Of a stretch of 64,000 nucleotides of DNA, positions 50,910 to 63,213 are shown in pieces. Position numbers and translations under genes: made by a program. How positions within the stretch are numbered: the first letter of the stretch is position 1; each line of letters starts with the position of its first letter. Under the pieces are notes generated by a model that had not been told where the DNA came from, ran no database searches, and saw only the letters and a list, made by a program, of their open reading frames with translations. The DNA comes from Raillietiella orientalis. Its lineage: Eukaryota. The stretch spans positions 2,790,001 to 2,854,000 of the forward strand of contig JAYWIR010000029.1 in the NCBI GenBank assembly GCA_036172245.1, written 5' to 3'.

Positions 50910-52082
50910 TCACGCCAGCCCGTGTCCATGGTCGTCTGCGCGGAGGCTCTCGTGAGCTAGGTGGCTCCCATGATCTTCGTGGATGAACCCTCTCAGGAGG
51001 CACATGAGCACGAAACCGACGAAGGTTGCCAGGAGCTTCAGCAGCCCGGAGACGGGCTTGTTCCTCTCGCTCTCCAGAATTTCGAAGAAGGTAACATAAA
51101 TCAGCGTCCCCGAGGCGGTGCCTTGGAGGAAAGTCAGGGTCATGGAATGCGTCGACCGGTCCGAGAACAGGGACGTCGTCAGGAGCATTGCGAGGCCGAC
51201 GCCTGCGGGACACATGCTCGCGAAGGTGCACATGTACACCATTAGGGTTCTCATCCTGCATCCTTTAGCGCTGATCTCCAGTCCGACACACAGGGCTATC
51301 ACAAACTTGTGGACGCACACGGCCAAGAACAGGTACCAGACTCCCGCCACGGACTCCTGGAGACCCATCGCCATCCCCTCGAAAACGGAATGGAAGGACA
51401 GGGCCAGTATCACGAGCAGGGAACGCAGGCTCGTGATCGCCGCGGGCACATAGTGCCCGTGGCTGTGGGTCGCCTCCTCGCTCCTATCCAGGTCTTCCTC
51501 CATGATGGTCCTGGGCAATGCCCTCTGGGAAAGAGGAGGGGAGAACTCCTCCACGGAGTCGAGGGACGAGAAAGGGTGGAAGGTGAGGGGCAAGACCTTC
51601 TTCCCGCAGTCGGTGATTATCGCATCCTTGGATTGGGACATGCAGTCCACTGCAGTCATGTTCAGGTTGGAGACCACGGACAGTTGCTGCTTCTCCTTGC
51701 GCTTCCTCTGCTTCCTGACCATACCGTGCACGAGCTCTTCGATGAAGTACGTGAAGAAAAAACCGAAGCACATGATCAGTTCCGCGAGAGGAAAGTCATT
51801 GAAAAAACTGAGGTTCGGATCCTGGATGGCCAGGAGGGAGGATTCCCTCACCTCGGGGAGCATGTGGATAAAGCAAGTCGACAGCAGGACCCCTCCTCCG
51901 AAACATAACAAACAGGAAATGATGGTATCGTACTGTCTCTTACGATTCCGCTTTACGCTACCATCGAGGCTTGCAGGTTCCGCACGCAGCAGCCTAGCAA
52001 CTTTGATGGGGAGCAGGCCGAAGAGCAGCGTCAACAAAAGCATCAACACCAGTGCTATGGTTTTCGCAGCGATGAGATTCAT
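50910..52082 (-). CDS. ZIP/SLC39 metal (zinc) transporter, ZIP1-3-like, copy 2, 390 aa, with His-rich C-terminal extension
   Basis: Same motifs as copy 1 (HSVFEG, HKF, GTLIYVTFFEIL), loop 'HSHGH', tail 'HEDHGSHLAHESLRADDHGHGLA'; ATG at 52082. Confidence 0.95.
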   Translation of the reverse strand: MNLIAAKTIALVLMLLLTLLFGLLPIKVARLLRAEPASLDGSVKRNRKRQYDTIISCLLCFGGGVLLSTCFIHMLPEVRESSLLAIQDPNLSFFNDFPLAELIMCFGFFFTYFIEELVHGMVRKQRKRKEKQQLSVVSNLNMTAVDCMSQSKDAIITDCGKKVLPLTFHPFSSLDSVEEFSPPLSQRALPRTIMEEDLDRSEEATHSHGHYVPAAITSLRSLLVILALSFHSVFEGMAMGLQESVAGVWYLFLAVCVHKFVIALCVGLEISAKGCRMRTLMVYMCTFASMCPAGVGLAMLLTTSLFSDRSTHSMTLTFLQGTASGTLIYVTFFEILESERNKPVSGLLKLLATFVGFVLMCLLRGFIHEDHGSHLAHESLRADDHGHGLA

Positions 52083-52962
52083 GCTGCCTCTCACGCCACC
52101 ACGAACACCTGCAAGCCTCCGCAGGCCTCGCTCACCGCTCGCACACTGACAGTGACTTCCTCGTGTTTTCGACATGGGGAGAAGATCACATGATCCGCAC
52201 CATTAGTGGTTTTCGCAGGACGGGGTCGGCGATTAGCAGAATTCGGTCCTCTGCCTCCCGTGCTTGCGACATCGACGGTTCTCGTTCTGCTCTGCTTTGT
52301 TTGTTTTCGCAAATCGGCTGCAAAACCCTTGCGCAGGGCGAGGCGGGCGGGCGGGCGGGTGCGCGCGCGATCGCGTTCCCGGATCGCACGGCTTGCTCGC
52401 CGAGCGAACGCGCCACCGGCCGCGCTGGAGACTGCGAGCGGCGTACGCACGTGCCGAAGCCGGTCGATGGTGGATCGACCACGGGCCGTTTGGCTCGCCC
52501 GCGCCCGCGCGGGTGGTCCCGTCCTCTCGAAGCAGCGGGCGATGGCTTCACGAAGGGTGGCATTTCCGGGTCGAAGGTGCCTTGTCCACGCACGCTTGCC
52601 TCTCTCTCGGCCTGCCGCCTGGTCGTTCGCCCTGGCGACGCCGGTGCTGCCCGGCGTGCTTCCCCGTTTGCTCCGTGCGCTGGCAGCCGATCCCAAACCT
52701 CGCAAAGCCTGGGCTGGGCACTCGAGCGGCGTGGCACGTGATGAACGCGACGCACGCTGCCTCCTTTCGAACCGAGAAAGCGGTTCCCGAAGAGATTGGG
52801 GAAGAAGAGGTTCTTCTGCTCGTACGTTTTCCTGCTCGGCTGGCGTCCGAACGGGCCGGTTGCTCTTCTCGGAGAGCACCTACCGCCGCTGCTTTGCCTT
52901 GTCTTCGAGAAAGAGCACACTCATGTGTAGCCACGCGCCCGGTCCGCTTTCGGCAGCCCTGC

Positions 52963-53011
<49 letters not shown>

Positions 53012-54300
53012 ACTGCTCGTGTTGAGCAGCGCGCGAACGGACGCTGAGAGCTGCGTGGCCGCGGTCGTTGGGAAGCGCCACGGGCGCGTGCGGCGGAGCT
53101 GCCCGCAAGTGGCTCGGAGCGATGGCAACGGGGAGGAAGAGGAGGAGGGACTCGTCCCCGTGGACAGGAAGGAACCCGTGACGACAACGCGCCACGCTTT
53201 CTCGGCGAGCTCAAAGAACAGCACTCCTTGGAACACGCGCACACGCAAAAAAACGTCCGAGTTGGTGCGCGTGCAAGCGTTTCCGTTTCCGTTACTTTGG
53301 TACGGTGGCGCCCCACGGCGCGCGGTGCTCGGGATGCATTCCCGGAGAATAGGCCGTCGTACACGCGTTGCACCAGGCGGCGGCCTCCTCTCATCATCAC
53401 GCACCTGAATTCACGAGCGACTCGCGTTCAGGCTGCAAGTCTTTTGCGCGTGTCCGTCTCGAGCTGCCATTGGTTGCGTCCGTCCCGCTGCAGGTTCAGG
53501 ATGAGGGAGGGATGGGAGCGAGGTGCACGGTGCTAGATGGAACCATTCCCCACAGGTATCTTGAGGAATGGTTCCGCTGGTCGATGCCGGGGCTGTTGCC
53601 GCCATATGCTGCGCAGAGACGCCTCTTTGCAAGGCGTCCCCTCGACAGTTGCCGTGGAAGGCACGCCGATGCCAGGTGGGTCGGGTCCACGGGGTCCCAA
53701 GCGTGTTCGGATCTCACGCTTCGAGCTGGGAGCGTCCACGCACGCGATGCTAAGACTTGCGTCGACGTCCTCTTGAGCCGGCCTCCGATTTCCCGAGTGG
53801 AGCGGCGCGGTGGGTTTCGGGGTGTCTGACCAAGCTGCGCAGCCGTCGGGACTCCGAGGTCGGGCGGAACAGGTTTCTTGCACGGAGGAGGTGGGAAGAC
53901 TTCGGCTCGGCTTAGGTGGAAGGGGTCCGTATTTCTGGAGAGCCCTTTGCTTCCACGAAAGCACCGATGAGTGGGAACGGCGAGGGCGAGGAGGTTTAGG
54001 CAGACGATGCTGTGATCCGACGCAAGCGGCTGTTCTTGCTCTTCTTGAGACAAGTCGGAGGTGGATGAGTGCACGCAAAGAGCGGAGTGGCTTTGGAATG
54101 GAAGGTCTGCTCTCTGAGCTGTCGCGTTGGTGGTTTCTTTCGCTTCTGGCAAAGCGTGCGGAGGTTTCGTTGCCGTTCCTCGTGAAGCATCTTGTAAGTT
54201 CGTGATACTCGGCGCAGGAGTTGTGGAAACTGGAAAGGGGCAATGCATGGGCTCGTCACTCGTAATTGTATTGGTCTTGTAGATAGCTGCCTCCATAGCA
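51701..54300. repeat. 2.6 kb near-identical direct repeat, copy 2 (partner 12026-14625)
   Basis: Direct comparison with copy 1. Confidence 0.98.
52968..53009. repeat. (AG)21 microsatellite, same length as at 13293
   Basis: Read directly from the sequence. Confidence 0.98.
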
Positions 54301-55999
54301 ACATGCGCATCCTTGATCAAATCAGCGTTTTTCATCCGTCCCTGAACTTTTTAAGTATACAAAAGTTTCAATTGGAGTTTGTGCGACCTTGTCGAACGAG
54401 AAGGAAGGACTGCCAATGTGGAATATATGAATCTGTTGTGAAAGGATTCCTTGATGCTTCTAGAATTGATTTTCTTCTTGCCGATTCGGTAGCAATCTGT
54501 AAGGACTGTGCTTTTAGTCTCGTTCTCATTGTGGAGTCTGGCAGGTGCTCGAGTCTGTGCTTTCGGGATTGAAGTGAATGCATGGGAGTGAAATACAAAT
54601 TACAAGCAGCCTCTAATATTCTGGTGCTGCTCCCTACTACTGCAATTTTTTATTCAACTCCCTCTCTACATCGCGACCGTGAAAGCCAAACAACAACACA
54701 TGCTGTGTATCAAGGGGATCGCTGAGTTCTGCGGATGTGTTTTCTTTCGTGCTTTCGGCATTCTTCTGAAAGCCTCTCCAGTGGCACACTTTTTCTGAAA
54801 CGGATGCTCCAAGTATTCACAGAGGGTATCCACATCTTCGATGCATTGAATATTTGACGGGCATCGGAAATTCTACTGGAATTCAGATTTATTGGCTGCT
54901 ACTTCCTCTAGGCATGGCATGGATGTTGTCTTAGAAAGAGTAGCCGCATCCTCTGTCGTGATGACATAAATGACCAACGGTTTCCAGGATGTTCACGAAG
55001 ACAAGATTAAGTACTATAACCTTTGCCTCGAAGGTCACGCGCGAAAGACGATATCAACTCAACACTGAAGTATCACAACAAACTCTCGCTCGCAGACTCG
55101 TTCCTGTGAATCGCTAAGTTGTATTTGGAGTTGTATTTGGTGAAGATCGAGAGTCTGCAAAAAGGGTCTGCAAAAGTTTTTTTTCTTTCCTTCCTTCTTT
55201 GACTTTTGACTTCGTACGTACACATTATGTACATACCAGGCTGAAAGTTTATGCGGGGCCTTGAAGTAACATTGCTAGGGGATCGTCGACAAGTGCATCA
55301 CCACGCTGGGTGAAACCGTGCTCTCTTCTGCGTTGCTCTGCAGTCAGTGTTGCCAGTCGTTCTTGGTTGAATAGGAGAAGCATCTGGAGAACGCGGAAAA
55401 TCGGCAGTCACAGATCAGATGCAGCGGAGATTACGGACTGCTCCCAAGCTCCTTCCTCTTGCCGAGGTCCTCTTTTGCCAAGAGAGGACAGCACTCTACG
55501 ATCTCCGGCATTCCATCACTTCGATTCTACTTCGTTCCCCCTCGAGGCTCGCACTTCCTCCCCTTTTCTCCCACTGCTTTCCCCTATGCAGATTGCGTAA
55601 AACTGCCGGCAGCATGCGCCACCCCCCTCCCCCCAAGCGGACACGGAAAATGGATTCCCTCAGTTCCGCAGGTCATGGTTTGCTGCGTCGTATCGTGGAA
55701 AGGAGGCAGATTCCGATTCTCCAGGGGCCTTCCTGCCAAACAGAAATGAACAACTCGACAACGCAGGAAGAAAGAAAGGGAACAACGTGTTGAGAAGAAT
55801 GCCGGCTTCAAAGTTACGAAATCTTCAAGAAAGGAAATTCTTCGATATCTTGAAATTCTGGTGTAGCTGGGGGGTAACATGAGATATCGACTGGCAGAAG
55901 GGGGGTCATTTTCGAACAGATGCCCCAATGAGCCTGCAGACCTAAAAGGGGCATCGTAAGGAAGCGGCCGCTACGCTAACGAGAGTCACACTCCTAGAG

Positions 56000-56450
56000 G
56001 CAGGCCATCCGGTTCAAAGGTCGTCGAGTTGCACCAAGTAGAAAAGGCACCGGAAGGCGAGCTTCGGACGGCAGAGAAGACTGATCACGTAGCAGACTCC
56101 GAGGCTGACACGCAGGTTCGGCGGGCAAAGGAAGGGAAACCGCTTCGTTGGACTCCCCACTGGCTGGGAGACAACACGAGTTTCGCTCAGCATCCCTTGG
56201 AGCGTACCGAAACGAATTTGGCTTCCTCGGTACGTTGCCCGGCATTAGAGAAATGCCGGTCATGATGTAATCCACTGAAAATGAGAAATCAAAAATAACT
56301 CTGCACCACCAGCAGCCCTATCCATAGGCAAAAGCTCACTCTCAGTCATCAGGGTAGGAAAAGGTCCTGCGTGGCATCCGAAATCCCTTTGCCAAGCACT
56401 GGGAGGACGCTCGAAATCAAAAGCTCTGAGCAGGGTCACCTTGTTGAAGC
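56000..56450 (-). mobile_element. Decayed LINE RT core remnant
   Basis: 'AFDFE' (xDFEKAFD), 'WGVQRSGFP' (GVxQGxP), 'LDDL' (YADDL) in order, frameshifted. Confidence 0.35.
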
Positions 56451-57469
56451 ACCTTTTCCCTCTCCTGCCTACTTCGCACTTCGCAGTCACCTTCCCATCT
56501 GTCTGCCGCTCCCGCACGCGTGCTTCGGTGCTGCTCGGGGAGGAGAAGCCGTCCCAGGAGTTCTGGGGGACGCGCGGAGTGGCTGCTGGTCCGTCAGCGC
56601 GCCGCCATCACCCGCTCTTGGCTGGGGCTGAGCGGGCGCGGTCTGCCTGGCGGCGAGGAACCGCCGGTGCGCTCCTCTTCCGGGTTCTGTGTGCAGCCGT
56701 CCGGCCCGTCCGCCGCCGCCTTTGCGGTCCACACCGTTACTTGCGGGCAGACGCGCGCGTCGTTGCGGTGCGCGCTCTCTTGCCGGGTCGCGTGTCACGC
56801 GAGCGAGTGGACCGGGCGCGGCGGCACGCACGCTGTTTCGGAGAGAAGAAGGAGCTGGATCGCGGTCTCGCTGGACCTCCGTCCGATGTCCGCGCCGCGC
56901 CCTCTCCTCTGAGACGGCCGTCGCTGAAGGCTATCTTGCCTTCATCCGAAGGGGGTGCCTCGAACCCTCTCTCAATGTCGCTGCTGCCATCGCGGAGGGG
57001 GGGAAGGGGGGTCTTCGCGTTCCCGCACGGACCGGCAGATGGCATCCTCCGCGCCATGCCCGTTGGTTGCGTTTGGAGGGTTCCGCTTTCCTGTGGTGAC
57101 GGCTTCTTGTCAGAGTTTCGCTGCCGATGCACAACTCCCGTCGCCTTTGATGACGATGCCTCGCTTCTCCGAGGAGCTTCCCGGAAGAGTACCCGGGTAG
57201 GGATTCTCGGTTTTTCCTCAGTGCATCCGTCCCAACAGTGCAGTCTCGGAAGCACTTCTCGTCCCTCGAAGTTCCACTCTGCTTCCCTGCGCAGGAGCTG
57301 AAGTTCCAGGATTCAGAACGTGCCCAGGATTTCGTCTGAAGCGATGCGGCACCCAGATACCAAGGGACCCGTGATAGTTCGTTGCGAAATTTCAAAAGTT
57401 TCTATAGAAGAGATGCTCTTCAAAACCTGATCCTGGACGCTGCTCCCGGAGTGATGATGCGACCGTGAT

Positions 57470-60200
57470 CCCTCGAGTTGATACCCGGTCATGCCGGGGA
57501 CTTTATTTATAAAATAAACATACATGTCTGTGTCAGGACGTTTGATCGTGCCTTGTTACTTATAACTACGAGAAGGAACCTGCCGGGAACTGGCATGCAG
57601 GTAAGAAAGGTTCGCCTCGGCAGCACAGGGAAAGCGGGGACAAACAAAAATAAAAAAATAAAACAAGAAACAATAATCAAAAAATGGAGGGGGGTTTGGG
57701 GAGAGATCATTGTGTGCTGGAGAACGCCCTCTGAATCCTTGTACAGACGCCGGCAAGTTCCTGTTTTATGGTTCCCAGATGGGACAATCTTGACGGTGTC
57801 CTCACCTAGATAGAGTTCCTGTCGTTCTAGTCTCCTCTGGCATTGCTCCATGCAGCCACGCTCCCGCGTAGACAGCAAAGTGCTGCTAGAGGTGCGGCCT
57901 GCCTGAGTGAGGGCGTTGCGCAGGAAGAGGCGCTTTCAAACGTCTCTAGAGTGCCGCCGGGGGTTCCAAGGGTCGCGGGAAACCGCCCTCAAAGGGGCTG
58001 GAGGGCAATACAGTCCACTAGGAGGTGTGGGAGTGATTTGAGCTCCCCGCGCCTTGCACAGTTCGGGTCCACCCCTCCCTTCCGTGTACACTAACGCCAG
58101 CGGGAGTTGCACGGGAGGCCCCAGTGCAGCAACAACTCCTATCACATTAAGGGGAGGGTGCGGGTGTTCATGAGCACCAAGATCCACTGCAGGTCTTCCT
58201 TCGGAATACCCAGTAGCACGCTTCAGTGCAAAAGTCCACAAGGTCGAGCACTCAGGATTGCAGAGTCGGTGAGCTGGCTTGTCGTCCACTCGTCCAGTTC
58301 TTTCCTCCTTCCGGAGGTTTCCACAGGAACTTCCCATCTAGCCGCGACGTTGATGCCCATGTGTTCCCTAAGGGAGGGCAGAGCGTCGGCGAGGGAGGTT
58401 CTGCTTGCCCACGCACTCTTCACGAGACTTTCCAGGATTTCCCGGATCGTGCAGTTGTCGTTACGCGCGTACAGGAAACATCGCCCCGTTCCCAGCTTGG
58501 CTCCTGGATCCTCGCCCACGTGTGGACGGTTCCTTTTAACCGGGCGCTACCGTTCGCGGGGCTCCATGAGATTCATCCGCTTTTCCTGGCTAGCGTGCCC
58601 ACCTGCCTCAGGTGCAGTCCGCCGTGGATAAGACTGCGTGGACTGAGGGCAAAGACACGATTCTCATGCTGCCGGTGAATTGCTGGACGAGAAGATGTGC
58701 AGGCTGGCATCAGCTGGTGCTTTTTCACAGGGTTGCCACGAGGGCAAGGATTCGAAACTGGAGCTGCACCTCCGTTCCAGCGTCAGGAGGTGGCCTAGGC
58801 AGTCGTCCCGGCGCGGATCACACAAGTCCTTTAGGAGGACTTGGGGATCCCTTCGTCCTAGAGGGTGACTCGGAAGAGTTCTTTTAAGATTTCTCTTCTC
58901 AATCAGTACTCTCGATAGTTTGAGGGTCTCGGCGGCTATCAGTGGGAGCGGAATACGGCTCTTTTTCTGGGGCATACCATCTTGCTCTTGCACCACTGTC
59001 ATAAAAGACTTATTCTCAACATTTTTATTTTTCTCCTTCAATAAAGAGAAAGCACTCGTGCTTTCAGTACCCAACACAACTGATTCTTCGATCCTAGACT
59101 GAAACATCGGTGAAGGCGTGACAACACCTTAACGGAGATCGAGTTCCCCCGCTTTGGATTTTAGCTCGATCGCTGATCTGTGGTGGGCACCATCAGCAGC
59201 GTCGTAGTAGACGCTGCTGATGGGTGAAGCACCTCTCGAGAACGCGTAGCGGTTGCTACTGAAAGGGTCCATCGATCTCCAACACTGCCGACGGCGGACC
59301 GTCGTAGGGCCTTCCGTCTTCGCTCTCTCATGGATTTGCCTTCCAAGAAAGGCTCTCCGGACACAAAAGTGGACGTCCGCCATGCCTTACGTGGGGGCAA
59401 ACGCGAATTCACCCCGGGTACAGAACGCCCTCTTGTTGGAAAAAGGAAACTCTGCGAGCTGTCTTCGTCCTTCGGTCAGCTGAGTGAGTGAGCAGCATGC
59501 CTCTGAGAGGGGAAATCGAAATTTTCTGGAACTCGCAGCAGTGCGACGGTGCGCATCAGAGGCCTGATGCAGACTTCTCCTCCGAAGGTCTGGAGCAACA
59601 AGATGTCTTGTCACAAGTCCAAAATCTCGAGGCGGGCTGCCGGTCGCTCCATCGTTGCAAGAATTTGACTCGAGGGGACGATCAGTAGTTTCATAAGGTT
59701 CCGTAGTTGATCTTTCTTATGAAGCATGCAGGGAGTTAATCCCTGGTAAACCCAGTCTTCAGAAAAAAGTCTTCCCGGGTTCCAAGTCACCGTAATCCAT
59801 TCGACTTGCTGGACGAGAAGACGACATGCATTCGATGTTCACGCACTGGAGCGGCTAAATGCCTGCAAGAATGCCGATTAACACACGGAAGTAGGATGCT
59901 GGTTCCCTGGGGATGTGAGTCTCGTTAAATAGTCAACAGGCTATCTGTGGACTCTCGAGTCTACGGGATTCTGAGGACTCGTTTTCGCCAACAATTGAGT
60001 TCCCTGATCCAGATTTCGAATCTGCACTCCATGATGAGTTCTGCTGCGGTTCATGATCGTTGAGGTCACCATCAGGTGCCCGTTGTTTTCGCCAACGGAA
60101 GGCGTAGGAGCCTGAAGAAGCATGAGAGATTGGGGAAAATCATTTAGATTGCCTTCCTGTGGATCCGAGCGCTGTTGATATCTGGACGAGGATTGGACGT
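57470..60200 (-). mobile_element. Degenerate Tx1/L1-like LINE material: APE remnant, linker, zf-RVT and 3' end (may be more than one insertion)
   Basis: 'GDLND', 'ASRMDY', 'FQSRIEE..GTESTSAFSLLKEK', 'LLHWGLPCNSR..DPNCARRGELKSLPHLLVDCIALQPL', then AATAAAGTCCCCGGCATGACCGGG. Confidence 0.65.
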
Positions 60201-60599
60201 CAGAGAGTCATCACACTCGAATACAATGAGGTGTTTTGAAAAGCTGGTCTTTGGCTTCCTCTTGCACGTGACTTTCTTTTTCTGATGACTAACAACCAGA
60301 ACATTTTCGAAGCTAATTCATCTGTGCTTAAGTGCTATCGGGATCCAGGGGGATGGAGGAATACTCCGGAATAGGGAGAGGGCGAACTGGAAAGGAAATA
60401 GTAGGGAAATGGAACAGCGACGCAGCACCCAAAATGGTCAGAGCAGTGGTGCTGCAGACGAAATGTGAAGAGATGCTTCAACACTCCTGTGTGAGGAGTC
60501 GTTTTGTTCGTAAGGCGGACTTTTTCTGAAGAATCAGTCTAACACAACGAGCGCTCCCGATATTTGATGGGACAAGTCCCATCCCAAGCGAATCTCATC

Positions 60600-61240
60600 A
60601 TTGGTTCGGATGCCGAAGGCGCGCTCGGACTGTCTGTCTGTCTCCTTCGATACAGGATATTCGAGCTCCAGCAAATCGCAGTTCCGGTAGGTCAATGTGA
60701 CATTGGTTTACGAATGCTGATAGAAGATGAGCTCCGCGCTGCACAAGTGCGCACGCGTCTTGTCTTTCCGCGGTGATCCTGACCTTTGGTTTCAATTTCT
60801 TCAACATGACCCGAACGATATCACGAGCTACCTGTCTCTCAGGAGACCCCGATCGCTTCCAAGACGGAACAAAATCGCCGCACACGAAAAATGCTCCATA
60901 AGGTGGTGGTGTCATCAAAAGAACACCTTCTTCCTCTTCCCTCCTGGATTTCGATCCTTTGGAAACATTCCTTGTCTCAACTTCTTCCGCCACAGAAGCA
61001 TTGCATTGATCGGGAAGGAAACTGAACACATTTTGCGTGAGATCCTGCCCATCTCCGGGAAGAATCACAAAGCCCCTGCAGAAAGGCTGCAGAGAAGAGT
61101 TCCCTTGAGCAGAACCCGTCGCACATCCTCTTCTTGTGAGAATTACGAAGTTCCAGGCCAGCAACCAGGTTGGTGCCTGAAGTTTTTACTCCCATTACTG
61201 CCTTCTCGTCCCTAAATGCACCTAGTGTCAACAAGGTTTT
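60600..61240 (-). mobile_element. LINE AP-endonuclease remnant
   Basis: 'FFVCGDF' and 'QCHID' (SRID-like) in the 60598-61164 frame. Confidence 0.4.
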
Positions 61241-61657
61241 TCAGGACCCTCAGCTTCACGAAAGTTTTCTGATCTTTGAAAAATCCGTAGAGCCATCAAC
61301 AAAGGCGTGTCTCCAGGAAAGTTACAGTTTGATGTGCAGCTGGAACTCCACTGCAAATCGCTGGAAGTTTCAGGCGATGAGCTTTTAGACCAACCACTAG
61401 CCTTCTTGGATGGGTAGAGTGTGCTGTGCTGCACAGAAGCAATCGGCTATTCTCTATTCAACTTCCACAATCTCCCCTCTGCAGAGAAACTGCGTCCGAT
61501 GAGAGAGGCCGTTGGATCAAACCGCTGAACAGACGCAGCTAGAAAAGGCATTCGCAGTGGCCCAGCCAAGTAAAGGTTTCTCTGAGACGGTTTCTTCGTC
61601 TTCCCGAAAATTTGCTTTCCCGTTCGCTGTTCTATTTTTTCATCATTTCTTTTCCCG

Positions 61658-61755
61658 CGCTGCCGGCCATGTAGCCACGGTCTCCCCGAGGAAACAAAGC
61701 GTTCCGGGTTCGAATCCCACCCGGTGAAGGGTCGACGCCTAGAAATGGGCACGTT
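61658..61755 (+). mobile_element. SINE-like element head only (copy G)
   Basis: GGCCATGTAGCCACGGTC..GGGTTCGAATCCC..GGTCGACGCCTAGAAATGGGCACGT matches the family head. Confidence 0.65.
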
Positions 61756-61899
61756 ATGAAGAAGACAAGTCGTTTTCGGTACACCCCCATCGCGGAAGAG
61801 GTTTTGGAAACAGAGAAAGCATCCTGGAAGCAAAGTTGTTTCCTTAGTGGCATGTGGATGACGACGAGATTCTATTTTCCCCAATTCCCACAAGGAGTG

Positions 61900-62500
61900 G
61901 GGTAAGTTTATTTTCTTTTAAAACATTCACACTACAATCTCATTCATACAAGTTCATACTAACTTAACTACACTGCACTGGTGTTCATTGAAGTTCACTT
62001 CTTGGCGTCTCTGAAAAAGTTCACTGCATTGATTTACCTTGGGGTCGTTTGGGCCTAGATGCTGCCTTCAATCCTTAGAATGTGACGGTAGTTCCAGGCC
62101 TGCACTCGCCCGCAGTTTCGAATGCCGATCTCCTTCTGGATGAGCCCTTTCAGGATGTCCAGTGGAGATACGGTAGCCCTGGTGGTCTTCATCTTCCACC
62201 ATCGCCCAAGAATGGTGGTGATGAAAAGGGCGATGGTCACTCTTACCATGGGGTTATAGCAGGGAACAGTTCCATTTCCTTGGAACATGCCTGCCAAAAC
62301 CGCCATGGTCGAGGCGTTGGTCAGCCCGATGACCCTTTTCAGAGTATGCCACTCGGTTTGCAATGTGGGGCAGATCAAGACGTGAAGACGACGACATTCT
62401 ATCGTATTTCTCAAGTACAGCTAACCCACTGTGATGGGAATTATTGGGGTCGAGTGAGCAAATCATTTTCTCTTGCCTCTCGAAACTTCAGCACGCTTCT
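61900..62500 (-). mobile_element. 3' end of a second L1/Tx1-like family
   Basis: 'NTIECRRLHVLICPTLQTEW' zinc-finger-like motif, ORF stop at 62055, different UTR ending in AATAAA near 61907-61912. Confidence 0.45.
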
Positions 62501-63213
62501 TGCCTTAGAGTGGATGCTGCAGATGGCTCCAAGTGCTTTCGTCCCACCAAATTACAAAACCGACCTGCTCCATGAGAGAGCACGGTGGGGTTTGTCAACC
62601 CGTCGCTGTACCAAGCTCCTGCTCGTTTTCGGATCCAAGGGGGAGGAAGTGCCCTATTCTTTGTGGCTTGACGTAAGTGAGCCCTCTTTCAAGTCCCCGG
62701 CAGAGGGGAGAGCCTACCCCGTGACTCGGTTGCGTGAAGGAACGCAACCGAGTCACTTTTCTGCTGCTGCGCTCAGGCCGGTTCACAGCTGGTTCTCTGT
62801 CGATAGAAGGTCATCGGATATCTCAATCACTGCGAGGGTACTGAGCAATGGTTCCAGCTTGGAAGCCTCAGACATTCGTGGTAACATGAGCACATCACTT
62901 TCATCTGAAAGAAAAGCTTCTCATCCTCAGCATTCCCGGATTATTACCGGCCCTTCAACCATCATCACTTAATTTCTGGAATATCTTCTGCGGATTTTAT
63001 CTCGCAAATTTCCATTTCAACTCTGCATTTTGTTTTTGTTTTTTATTTCTGAAGGATTTCCCTGGTTTTCATGCAATCGCTGACTCCTCATCTCACATCC
63101 GTACTTCCTTCTTACTTTGTAGTGAACTTTTTCAGCCGTCGGTAATGCGATTTCCCCATAGTGCTGGCTTATCCGACTCTTCGGTCTGGTCCTTTTACGA
63201 CTCCTGAAGCCCA

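Noticed and set aside
49406..50929. 507 aa ORF and other long ORFs at 46-50 kb
   Set aside because: No recognisable motifs, open in several frames, composition typical of GC-rich non-coding DNA
62082..62972. 296 aa plus-strand ORF
   Set aside because: Antisense to a decayed LINE 3' region and has no recognisable domain
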